From assembly GCA_963797555.1 (NCBI GenBank), contig CAWCPV010000009.1, positions 224,001 through 288,000 on the forward strand: a stretch of 64,000 nucleotides of DNA, given 5' to 3'. A program made the position numbers and the translations under genes. This document shows, piece by piece, positions 31,320 through 41,215 of the stretch. Each line of letters starts with the position of its first letter. Within the stretch, counting starts at the first letter, position 1. The DNA is from an uncultured Gammaproteobacteria bacterium. Lineage in GTDB: Bacteria; Pseudomonadota; Gammaproteobacteria; CAWCPV01. The notes beneath the pieces are model-generated. The model saw nothing but the letters and a program-made list of their open reading frames with translations. It was not told the origin of the DNA and did not search any database.

Positions 31320-31490
31320 CGAGGGAGGTTGACGGCTTGAAAGGCTTGACTGCCGGACCCGCGCCCTTGAAGAGGCTGTCTGCCCAGATATTGAGTGCGA
31401 GCCCGACGACGACGAGTGCTGCGCGAGCCGGGCGCCACGGGAATACGACAAGTTGCGCCACCGGCAAGATCAAGTGACAGCCGACCATCG
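31320..31490 (-). pseudogene. Fragment of an isoprenylcysteine carboxyl methyltransferase / PEMT-like membrane protein
   Basis: HLILPV.....PW......GL.LN.WAD..FK..G..VKPF..S..LV, then the frame is lost. Confidence 0.5.
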
Positions 31491-31980
31491 GTGCGAATCC
31501 CGGTGACGAGAAAGAGGGGCGGCAGCGGCCCTTGGCGCGATGAAGCGCTAGTGTCACTGACCAGAGCAGCACCCGTCCTACTGGCTACGGGGTCTGTGGG
31601 GATTGCATGCGGGCCGCGCGGTATTTTTGGCCGCTGTGAGTCGGCCTGGTAGCGTGGATGTCTGTCGCAGGGAACCGCTCCCCCAGTGTTGTCGCGGTGT
31701 GACTTCCGCTGAGCGGTCTATAGCAGAAGTGGTCCCGCTACTAGACTCCGAGAAGGGATTCAAGGGAGGCACGGCTACGGCGCCGAAGGCATAAGAAGCC
31801 ACGGGGCATAACGGATGGCGCAAGGGATCAACGTTGCTGGGTCGGGGGTCCTAGACAGCCGGCGAACAGGCACCCTTGACCGCTCTCGGCCGCACGAGCG
31901 CTCAAGAAGCGCAGACCCGCCGCCACGCGCCGAAGACATCCAGGCACGTGGCTGGCGAGCGTCGCCCCAGTGAAATCGAC

Positions 31981-34041
31981 ATGCTGACCAGCTCGGACAA
32001 AGCGATTGTCGCGCCCATCCTGCGTTCCATCGGCGCCCTCGTCTATCTTGTAGACATTTTGGCGGACGGGACCTTTCGCTATTTCGCGCACAACTTGGCC
32101 TCCGAGGCAGACCTCGGCATTCCTCTAAGCGGTCCGATAGAGGGCCATCGCCCGGAGGAGGTCCTCAGTGCCGATCACGCCGCTCAACTGAATCACCACT
32201 ACCGCCAGTGCGTATCCACGCGCCGCAACGTCGAGTTCGAGGGCGTGAGGGATACTCCCAAGGGATGCCGCTGGGCCAATCATTTTCTTTCGCCGATCTT
32301 CGATCTCAACGGGAACGTGGTGCGCATCCTCGGCACTGTGATCGAGATCACGGAGCGCCGACGTGCCCAGCAGGCCTTGGCCGAAAGCGAGGCCAGGCTC
32401 CGGGCACTCTACGACGATAATCCAGCCAATCTCCTGACTCTCGATTTTGACGGGCGCATCCTCTCGGTTAACAAGTTCGGCGCTGTGCACGTCGGCTTCG
32501 AACCAGAACAGATGCTCGGCCGCTCCTGCCTTGAGTTCATGCATCCCGAGGATCGACACGTGGCAGAGAGTGTCCTCAAGCAGATCGAAACAGAGCCCCA
32601 AGCGTTGCACCAGGCGGAATTTCGCGCGTTGCACCACAACGGGACACTTCTATGGTTTAGCTACTGCGCCCGCGTCACCACGGACAGCACCGGACGCAAA
32701 GTGATTTTAGTTGTCGCTGAAGACACGACTCATGCCCATGCTCTGCGCGATGAGTCCGAACACCAGGCCAGTCATGACTGGCTGACAGGGTTGCTCAACC
32801 GCCGTGCCTTCGAGCAGCATCTAGAGAAAGTGATCACCGCAATGGCGACTAATGGCACGGAGCATGTGCTGTGCTATCTCGACCTTGATCGCTTCCGGCT
32901 CCTCAACGACGCCTGCGGCCACCTCGCTGGGGATGAGCTGCTGCGCCAATTGGGCGCCATGCTGCGTGCGATGATGCGCCCTAATGATACCCTGGCACGG
33001 CTTGGCGGTGATGAGTTTGGGCTGCTTTTAGAGAACTGCGGGTTAGCCAAGGCCGAGCCTGTCGCCAATGAGATCTGCCTTGCCATCGAGGCGTTCGAGT
33101 TCAATTGGACGGAACAGCACTTTCATCTCGGCGCGAGCATTGGATTGGTGGCTATTACCCCTGACGCCGGAGGCGTCACCGAGTTACTCGCGGCGGCCGA
33201 TACCGCCTGCTACGTGGCCAAGGAAAAGGGCCGCCAGCGCGTGCACATCTACCGGCCGGATGACGTGGAACTGCCTCGGTACCGGCAAGCGATGCGGTGG
33301 TTCAACCGCGTCAAGCAGGCCATGGCTGAAAAGCGGCTGCGCCTGTATGCCCAGCAGATCCAGGCGAGTGTCGACACCGGTGAGGGTGAATGCTTAGAAC
33401 TGCTGCTGCGCCTCGAGGAGGAGGACGGAACGCTCATCTCAGCCGGCGTGTTTCTGCCCGCGGTCGAGCGCTACGGCCTGGCAACCAGTCTCGACCGCTG
33501 GGTAGTGACGCACGCCTTTCACTGGGCTGCGGGACAGGCCAGTCGGGCAAAACGGCTTTCCTTGTGCGCCATCAACGTCTCGGGCAGCTCGCTTGGCGAC
33601 GAGATGTTTCTATCGTTTGTGCTTGACGAGTTCGACCGCACGGGGGCGCCCGCCGAGCGCATCGCCTTTGAGATCACAGAGACGGCCGCGATCAAGGACA
33701 TGCCCTGCGCGCGACGCTTCATCGAAGCCCTCAAGGCACGTGGCTGCCGCTTCGCCCTTGACGACTTTGGGGCAGGACTGTCCTCTTTCAGCTACCTCAA
33801 GATGCTGCCGGTCGACTTGGTGAAGATCGACGGATCGTTCATCCGCAACCTCAATAACGACCCGGTTAACATCACGCTCGTCAGGGCCATCGTCGAAATC
33901 AGTCGGGTCATGGGGAAGAAAACCGTGGCGGAGTCGGTGGAAACGGCCGGGGTAGCGGACACGCTTCGGGAACTCGGTGTCGATTATCTGCAGGGTTTCG
34001 GCATCGGACTGCCCAAGCTTCTCATAGCCGCGCTTGGGTGA
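31981..34041 (+). CDS. PAS-PAS-GGDEF-EAL c-di-GMP enzyme
   Basis: HD.LTGL.NRR, RLGGDEF, ELLLR, DDFG.G.SSFSYLK and KIDGSF. Confidence 0.92.
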   Translation: MLTSSDKAIVAPILRSIGALVYLVDILADGTFRYFAHNLASEADLGIPLSGPIEGHRPEEVLSADHAAQLNHHYRQCVSTRRNVEFEGVRDTPKGCRWANHFLSPIFDLNGNVVRILGTVIEITERRRAQQALAESEARLRALYDDNPANLLTLDFDGRILSVNKFGAVHVGFEPEQMLGRSCLEFMHPEDRHVAESVLKQIETEPQALHQAEFRALHHNGTLLWFSYCARVTTDSTGRKVILVVAEDTTHAHALRDESEHQASHDWLTGLLNRRAFEQHLEKVITAMATNGTEHVLCYLDLDRFRLLNDACGHLAGDELLRQLGAMLRAMMRPNDTLARLGGDEFGLLLENCGLAKAEPVANEICLAIEAFEFNWTEQHFHLGASIGLVAITPDAGGVTELLAAADTACYVAKEKGRQRVHIYRPDDVELPRYRQAMRWFNRVKQAMAEKRLRLYAQQIQASVDTGEGECLELLLRLEEEDGTLISAGVFLPAVERYGLATSLDRWVVTHAFHWAAGQASRAKRLSLCAINVSGSSLGDEMFLSFVLDEFDRTGAPAERIAFEITETAAIKDMPCARRFIEALKARGCRFALDDFGAGLSSFSYLKMLPVDLVKIDGSFIRNLNNDPVNITLVRAIVEISRVMGKKTVAESVETAGVADTLRELGVDYLQGFGIGLPKLLIAALG

Positions 34042-34057
34042 CAGCGAGACTAGTTGA

Positions 34058-34363
34058 ATGTCAGCGCGTTTGCTGGGTGTCTTGATTCTCTTTCCGGCGC
34101 TCGCCGCCACGGCGGACGGCGGACCACTGCGCAGGCTGGACGCTCACCTGCTGCGGGATCTGGCAGCACGTTACGAGCACGCGGAGGGGGTGCCCCGCGA
34201 CTATCAGCGGGCCTACCGTCTTTACTGTCTAGCCGCGACTCAAGGCGATGCCAAGGCGCAGTATAGCCTCGGCTGGATGTATATCAACGGCCCTGTCTGC
34301 GGTCTAGAGTTCCGCTCCGTCTCTCCTGCCCGGTGCGCTCGGGCGCTCCTCAGGCCCGGATGA
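34058..34363 (+). pseudogene. Truncated Sel1-repeat protein
   Basis: Signal peptide and one Sel1 repeat (GVPRDY..A..LY..AA.QGDA.AQYSLGWMY.NG), then unrelated sequence. Confidence 0.6.
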
Positions 34364-34394
34364 GCCTGCGTCTCAGAAAAGGCTGGGGCTGACC

Positions 34395-37300
34395 GTGTCC
34401 TCCTCCGCCGACGAAGTGCATCGGTTGGGCGCGACGCCCGACCAGCGCTCGCGTGGTCACGACGAGGTGATTCGCGCCGAGCAGATCCGGCTGCTGCTGC
34501 GCCAAGTCCCGTTTGCCCTCAGCGCCAACTCCATCAATGCCGTCATCCTCGTCGCGGTGATGTGGGGCCAGATTCCGCGGGCCCCGCTGCTCGCCTGGCT
34601 AGCGCTCATGCTGCTCCTTACCCTCGCGCGTTACCGCCTGATGCGAGCTTACTACCGGGCACAGCCCGCGCCGTCCGAGGCGACCCGCTGGGGGGCCTGG
34701 TTCGTGCTCGGCGCGGGCCTCTCCGGGCTCACCTGGGGCGCGGCCGGCGCCCTTTTCTTCACCGGGCAAAGCTATGCCCACCAGGCATTCCTGGCATTCC
34801 TCCTCGCCGGCATGTCCGCGGGCGGTCTGTCCACGCTATCGTCGTACCCCGGCACTTACCCAGCCTTCCTGCTGCTCGCCCTGTTTCCCTATACGGCACG
34901 GGTTCTCACCCAAGGGGGTGCCCTCTATACCACCATGGGGCTGATGCTGGTCCTGTTCGCTGCCTTGATGCTGGCGATCTCGCACCGACTCTACCTCACC
35001 GTGCGCGAGTCGCTCGATCTCCGTTTCGAGAACGTGGACTTGCTGACCGACCTCGCGCGGGCCAAGGAGCGGCAGGAGGTCATTAACCGAGATCTCGCGG
35101 CGGAGGGGATAGAACGCCAGCGCGCCGAGGAGGCGGTGCGCCGCTCGGAGCAGAGGCTCGTGTTGCACGTGCAGAAGACGCCCTTTGCCGTCATCGAGTG
35201 GGACCTCGATTTCCAGGTGGTGGCGTGGAATCCGGCCGCCGAGCGCATCTTCGGCTACCCGGCCAGCGAGGCGCGTGGGCGGCGCGCTGTAGATCTCATT
35301 GTCCCCGAAGACACGCGGGAAAGCCCGGGTGCGCCGTGGGACGACGTTCTCTCCGGCCGCGATACAACGCGTCATGTGACTCACAATGTCACCAAGGAGG
35401 GGAGAAGGATCGTCTGCGAGTGGTACAACACGCGCCTGGTGGATGATCAGGGTGAGATGATCGGCGTGGCCTCGCTCGCCCAGGACATCACCGACCGCAC
35501 TCATACCGAGGCTGCACTCCAGGATCGGGAAGCCTTGGTTCAGGCGGCCATCGACTCGCTGCCGGCGAGCATCGCTGTGCTCGACCGGGCCGGTGCGGTC
35601 ATCCGCGTCAACGATGCCTGGCAACGCTGTGCGGATAGGGACGAAGACCCGCTGTTGCACAGAGTCCGGGTGGGAACGGATTACCTGTCTGTATGCCGGC
35701 GCGCCGCGGTCCGGGACAGGACGGCGAAGCAGGCGCTGGACGCCGTCGAGGCGGTGCTGCACGGGGCGGGTACCGAGCTTACCGTCGAATATCCACGGCC
35801 GGGACACGCCGACCCGCAGTGGTTCATGGCATCGGTGAGTCCTCTCAAGAGCGCGCGCGGCGGTGCTGTCATCGCTCATCTCAACATCACTCAGCGCAAG
35901 CAGGCGGAGGAGCGGCTGCTACTCGCCGCCGTGTTCGAGAATACCAACGAGGCCATCCTGCTGCTCGATGCCCGTGGACGGATCGTGGCGGTCAACCGGG
36001 CATTCACGGGCATCACGGGCTACTCCCAGGACGAAGTGCTGCTGAAATCGCCTGGCATACTCGTCTCGGATCGGCGCAGCCGGGCCTTTTACAGGCAGAT
36101 GTGGAGATCGCTCAGGATCGCGGGCCAATGGCAGGGCGAGATCTGGGGGCGGCGCAAGGATGGCGAGTCCTACGCGGTTTGGCTGGGGGCCAACGCGGTG
36201 AGGGACGATGCCCGCGCCATCAGCAATTACGTGGTGGTCTTCTCCGACATCACGCGGCTCAAGCAGGCGGAAGAGCACCTTTACCAGCTCGCATACAGGG
36301 ACACGCTGACGGGCCTGCCCAACCGGGTGCTGTTTCGCGAGCGTCTGCAGCATGTGCTACTGCAAGCGGCCCGCTCCGGGTCGCGGGTGGCGCTGATGTT
36401 TCTCGACCTCGACCGTTTCAAGTTAATCAACGATACACTCGGGCACGACCTGGGCGACCGCCTGCTGAAGCAGGTCGCCGCGCGGCTTGTTGCGTCCGTT
36501 CGCGAGAGCGACACGGTGGCAAGGCTGGGTGGTGACGAATTTACCGTGATCCTCGAGCAGATAGAGCAGGGTCTGGATACGGCGGTGGTCGCGCAAAAGG
36601 TCGTGCGCGACTTGTCACGCCCGTACGACGTGGAAGGGCATGAGATTTACGCTAGCGTCAGCATCGGGATCAGCGTCTTCCCGGAGGATGCAGACGCCGC
36701 GCCGGTGCTGCTCAAGAATGCCGACACGGCGATGTACCGCGCCAAGGACCACGGCAGGGCCCGCTATGAGTTCTACAGCGCAAAAATGGACGCTTACTCG
36801 CGTGACCGTCTGTGGCTGGATGCGAACCTGCGCAAAGCACTGGAACACCGCGAGCTGGAGCTGCGCTACCAACCGCTCGTGAGCATCGCGCATGACGTGC
36901 CTACCAAGGTCGAGGCACTGCTGCGCTGGCACCATGCCGAGCGCGGATGGATTGCGCCCGCCGAGTTCATCCCTCTCGCCGAGGATACCGGCCTCATCAC
37001 CCCCATTAGCAAGTGGGTACTGCGTGAGGCTTGCGAAAAAAGCGCCGCATGGCGCGCCGCGGGGATGAGGGCGCTGGTGCTGGCCGTCAACCTTTCGGCG
37101 CGCCAGCTCAGGCAACGGAGCCTGGTGGCCTGGGTAAAGCAGGTGCTCGAGGATACCGGTCTGGACCCGTCGCGTCTGGAGCTGGAGCTGACGGAGAGCC
37201 AGTTGATGCAGAATACTGAGGGGGCGATCGCCGTCTTGGATGAGCTGAAGGCGTTAGGGGTGCGGATAGCGATCGATGACTTCGGTACCGGATACTCTTC

Positions 37301-37646
37301 GTTGAGCTGCCTGAGGCGCTTTCCGGTCGATGTGGTGAAGATCGACCGCTCTTTTATCGCGAATATCACAAGCGATCCGGAGGACGCGGCGATCGCACGG
37401 GCGGTCATCGCGATGGCGCACACCTTGAGACTCGAGGTGGTCGCCGAGGGTGTGGAGACCGCGGAACAGCTCGCACTGCTACGCGATTGGCAATGCGATA
37501 CAGCTCAGGGTTACTATTTCAGCGCCCCCGTGACTAGCGATGATATGGCTCGGCTCCTCACCCGTGGCGACTGGCAACCACAGCGGGCAGTCGTCGTCAG
37601 CGATGACGATCGTGGGAAGCGCTGCCCGGCGCGCGAGCTGGACTGA
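34395..37646 (+). CDS. Membrane-bound multi-PAS GGDEF-EAL protein
   Basis: Hydrophobic N-terminus, three PAS-like segments, RLGGDEF, EALLRW and DDFGTGYSSL. Confidence 0.93.
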   Translation: MSSSADEVHRLGATPDQRSRGHDEVIRAEQIRLLLRQVPFALSANSINAVILVAVMWGQIPRAPLLAWLALMLLLTLARYRLMRAYYRAQPAPSEATRWGAWFVLGAGLSGLTWGAAGALFFTGQSYAHQAFLAFLLAGMSAGGLSTLSSYPGTYPAFLLLALFPYTARVLTQGGALYTTMGLMLVLFAALMLAISHRLYLTVRESLDLRFENVDLLTDLARAKERQEVINRDLAAEGIERQRAEEAVRRSEQRLVLHVQKTPFAVIEWDLDFQVVAWNPAAERIFGYPASEARGRRAVDLIVPEDTRESPGAPWDDVLSGRDTTRHVTHNVTKEGRRIVCEWYNTRLVDDQGEMIGVASLAQDITDRTHTEAALQDREALVQAAIDSLPASIAVLDRAGAVIRVNDAWQRCADRDEDPLLHRVRVGTDYLSVCRRAAVRDRTAKQALDAVEAVLHGAGTELTVEYPRPGHADPQWFMASVSPLKSARGGAVIAHLNITQRKQAEERLLLAAVFENTNEAILLLDARGRIVAVNRAFTGITGYSQDEVLLKSPGILVSDRRSRAFYRQMWRSLRIAGQWQGEIWGRRKDGESYAVWLGANAVRDDARAISNYVVVFSDITRLKQAEEHLYQLAYRDTLTGLPNRVLFRERLQHVLLQAARSGSRVALMFLDLDRFKLINDTLGHDLGDRLLKQVAARLVASVRESDTVARLGGDEFTVILEQIEQGLDTAVVAQKVVRDLSRPYDVEGHEIYASVSIGISVFPEDADAAPVLLKNADTAMYRAKDHGRARYEFYSAKMDAYSRDRLWLDANLRKALEHRELELRYQPLVSIAHDVPTKVEALLRWHHAERGWIAPAEFIPLAEDTGLITPISKWVLREACEKSAAWRAAGMRALVLAVNLSARQLRQRSLVAWVKQVLEDTGLDPSRLELELTESQLMQNTEGAIAVLDELKALGVRIAIDDFGTGYSSLSCLRRFPVDVVKIDRSFIANITSDPEDAAIARAVIAMAHTLRLEVVAEGVETAEQLALLRDWQCDTAQGYYFSAPVTSDDMARLLTRGDWQPQRAVVVSDDDRGKRCPARELD

Positions 37647-38595
37647 AGCCGGCCGAGCACCCTTCAAATGGCGCGTCGAGGTACGGCGGTGAGAAGCTGC
37701 TGAACCGCACGCGCGGATCACCGCCCCGGCTCTACAGTGAAGGAAGAACAGTCCTGTGGTGCAGGGCGAGGGGACAGGCCGGGAGGGCGGGTTTGGGCGC
37801 TCGGGCAGCCTCTTGGGGACAGCCTCGGCGGCGACGCGGAGTGGGGGCGTCTCTTGTAGAGCCCAGCGCGTGCGCTACCGTACCAGCCGGCGGAGGGGCG
37901 CGGCTGTGGATACTATATCCGGTCACCGTCTGGTCAAGCTGCGGCTGAGCTTCTGTCGGGTCGAAGGCGGGGGTTCGTCGGCCTCCCCTACTCTTAGGGG
38001 CCGCACGGGCTATCTTCGTTAAGCAGGCCTGGACGCTTTTTTTGCGTTCCGCGGGATGCACGCATGTGTATGTCCACTCTGCGTCAGATTGCTGCCGACG
38101 CCGTCTCGGACTCGAATGGCCGTTGTGGGTCGGAACCAGACGGTCAGCAGCATCCGACTGCATCCTCGATCGCCCGACCCCAATCACCCATTGAGGGCGC
38201 ACAGGATGGCGGCTGCTCCCCTCCGATCGGTTCGAGCTTCCCCGCGAGGTACAGGGCGAGGCGAGCGAAGGGGGCGGGCGTGTCTGATACGTTCAAACAC
38301 TGGGGCGGTACAACTTGAATCTTGTTCGGTTTTCAGTCGGTCGGCAACGCGCACTCGGTGAACCGTTCATCGCCCAGGAACGTATGCGACGGGTGTCCCA
38401 CGAAGGCACGGTTTGCGTCGGCGGGAGCGTGTTCCACTTGCATGCTGCCGGCGTAATAATGGGATTGGCGATGGCGCCCGCCTGGCCGGCCCATCCGGAG
38501 TGGCTAGCGAAGTTCCTCCAGGTTCCGGGCACCCGCATCGATCCCTAGAGTCTGTCTCGGCGCGTGGGCGTGAGCGAGATCGCGTGGCTGAGAGC

Positions 38596-39926
38596 TGGCT
38601 CCGGAAATCTGTACGGCGGGATAAGTGGTAGGGGATGAACCGCTTTATCATGGCGATGCTATTGAGAGGAGCGGCAAATGAGTGGCAAGAGGCGCAATCA
38701 TGGAGCGGGATTCAAGGCAAGGGTGGCACTGGCGGCGATCAAGGGCGACAAGACCTTGGCGGAGTTATCGGCGCAGTTTCAGGTTCATCAGAGTCAGATC
38801 CTGGCGTGGAAGCAGCAGTTGCAGAGCCGCGCTGACGAGGTGTTCGAGCGGGAACGCAAGTCCGAATCGGGGCCGTCGGTGAAGGACATGCAGGCGAAGA
38901 TCGGGCAGCTGACGCTGGAGAACGATTTTTTGTCCGTCGCGCTCGGTCGCATCGGCGATGCGACAAAGCGATGATCGACAAGGTGGCCGAATTGCCGCTG
39001 ACGCGGCAGTGCCAGCTCCTGGGGCTCTCGCGCTCATCCCAGTACTACCGGGCGGTGGCGGTGTCGGCGCGGGATCTGGCGCTGATGCGGGCAATCGACG
39101 AGCTGCACCTAAAGCACCCGTTCTATGGCAGCCGGCGCATGCGCGGGGCGTTGCGCGACGAGGGCTTCGAGGTCGGCCGGCGCCACGTCCAGACATTGAG
39201 GGACAAGATGGGAATCGAGGCGTTGTACCGCAAGCCGCGGCTCTCGGATGCGCACCCCGGCCACAAGGTATGGCCTTACTTGGCTAGCGTGATGTAGTGG
39301 TCACCCGACCCAACCAGGTCTGGGCTACGGACATCACGTACATTCCCCTGGCCAAGGGCTTTGCCTATCTGGTGGCGATCATCGATTGGTGCTCGCGCCG
39401 GGTGCTGGCCTGGCGGCTTTCCAACTGCATGGACACCTCCTTCTGTATGGAGGCGCTGGAAGAGGCGCTCATGCTCCACGGACGCCCCGAGATCTTCAAT
39501 ACCGACCAGGGCAGCCAGTTCACCGACAAGGATTTCACGAGCGCGCTCCTGGCTCATGACATCCGCATCAGTATGGACGGACGCGGGCGCTGGATAGATA
39601 ACGTTTTTGTCGAGAGGCTGTGGCGCAGCGTGAAGTACGAAGAAGTGTATCTGAAGGCGTACGAGTCGATCCTGGACGCCAAGCGCCAACTCGGCCGGTA
39701 CTTCACTTTCTACAATCAACGACGCCGGCATCAAGGGCTAGGAGACCAGACACCGGACGCCGTGTATTATGGGCAGCAAGACGAAAAGCTCGCAGCCTGA
39801 ACGCGAGTTACCCACCGGGCCGCTCGCCTCCCGCCTGAGAAGGGCGGGCGGCGGCCCCGTGGATAACTCTGCACCCGCGGTTCACCATCTACAAAATCGA
39901 TTCCTCTGTTCAGAGAATCGGAGCCA
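38596..39926 (+). mobile_element. IS3-family insertion sequence (orfA 38678-38974; orfB 38971-39800, disrupted near 39290)
   Basis: TG...CA ends with imperfect IRs (TGGCTCCGGAAATCTGTAC vs TGGCTCCGATTCTCTGAAC). OrfA HTH; OrfB has W.TDITY, DQGSQF and ERLWRS.KYE. Confidence 0.9.
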
Positions 39927-39930
39927 CATC

Positions 39931-40653
39931 ACCTCGCGGGGTTCGTCGACTCGGTGGTGGGCGGAGGGGGGCTGATACAGATACCGGCGCTGTTCATCCT
40001 GCTGCCGAACGCACCCCCGGCCGCGCTGTTCGGCACTAACAAGCTCTCCTCCATCGCTGGCACCGCCATCGCGGTCACGCAGTATGCGCGCCACGTGCCT
40101 ATTCAGTGGCGCGCGACGCTGCCTACCGCGCTGGTCGCACGGGTCTTTCCTGGGCGCACAGGTGGTAAGCTCGATTCAGCGCGCGATCCTGCGCCCCTTG
40201 ATCCTGAGCCTGCTCGTCCTGGTCGCTGTCTACACCTTCATCCGCAAGGACTTCGGCGCCCTGCATGCCCCCAGGCTCACGCGCGGGGCGCAGCTCCTCG
40301 CCGGCATCGCGACCGGAGCGGCGCTCGGTTTCTATGACGGCTTTTTCGGTCCCGGCACCGGCAGCTTTCTCATCTTCGTGTTCGTGGGCGTGTTCGGGTA
40401 CAGCTTCCTCGCCGCCTCCACCTCGTCCAAGGTCGTGAACTGCGCGACCAACCTCTCTGCGCTGCTCTACTTTGCCGCCACTCATCACGTCATCTACGCC
40501 GCCGGCCTGCCCATGGCCGCATTCAACGTCCTGGGCGCACTCGCCGGTACCCGGCTCGCGATCCTGAGAGGCAGCCGCTTCGTGCGCGGGGTGTTCCTGC
40601 TGGTGGTGTGCGCCACCATAGTCAAATTCGCACGCGACAGCTTCGCGCCCTGA
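39931..40653 (+). pseudogene. Sulfite exporter TauE/SafE (TSUP) family gene, 5'-truncated by IS3 and frameshifted near 40140
   Basis: LAGFVDSVVGGGGLI..P, GTNK and GFYDGFFGPGTGSF. Confidence 0.8.
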
Positions 40654-40991
40654 ATCTGTCTCTCCCGACCCGAGCCATTCCCTCGCGCCTTCGCACCGGG
40701 GCTATGTTTCTGGATCTGCCGGTGGCTGATGCTGCAATACACTCGCCCAATAGATGACGATGGCGGGCAGGCTCGCCACAGCCAGGCTGCCGGTCAACTC
40801 GTGGGATGGCGGGTCGGCCGTAGGCGCCACCTTTCTGGCGAATGTCGTGCCGGACGCGAGTGGCGGTCGTGGGTCGGAAGCGGTTATCGAAAGAAGAGAG
40901 AGGGAAGCGGGGTTGCCGGGGTTTCTCTGCGCCGCCTCCCATATCCCGCGCATCCGGGTCTGGACCAGGCGGGGTAGAAAGCAGGCGGCCT

Positions 40992-41215
40992 TCAGTGTGA
41001 GCGCGCATGGTGTCTCCAGTCCCACGGCGCCACTCTCTGCGCCTCCGGCAACGCCCACAGTCCCCTGCGGGCCTCCCTGGCGTCGTTCTCCAGCCGGTAC
41101 AGCTCGGGGTCGTGGCAGTACCGCACATACACCCAGGCAGCGCCTTCCCGGACCATCTCGGCGTTCACGTCCAGATCCCTGTAACGGATACGCCCGAGCA
41201 GCCGGCCGTAGCGGT
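40992..41215 (-). pseudogene. 3' half of a thermonuclease (SNase-family) gene
   Basis: RYGR.LG.....DVN.EMV..G.AWVY..Y......E..AR..RRGLW....PW.WR. Confidence 0.8.

Noticed and set aside
37650-38595. Possible genes or transposase relics between the GGDEF-EAL gene and IS3
   Set aside because: No coherent frame or recognisable motif; probably decayed sequence.
40754-41215. N-terminal part of the 726-aa ORF 40754-42934
   Set aside because: It is antisense to the thermonuclease remnant and non-coding DNA; only the part after ~41216 looks like real protein.
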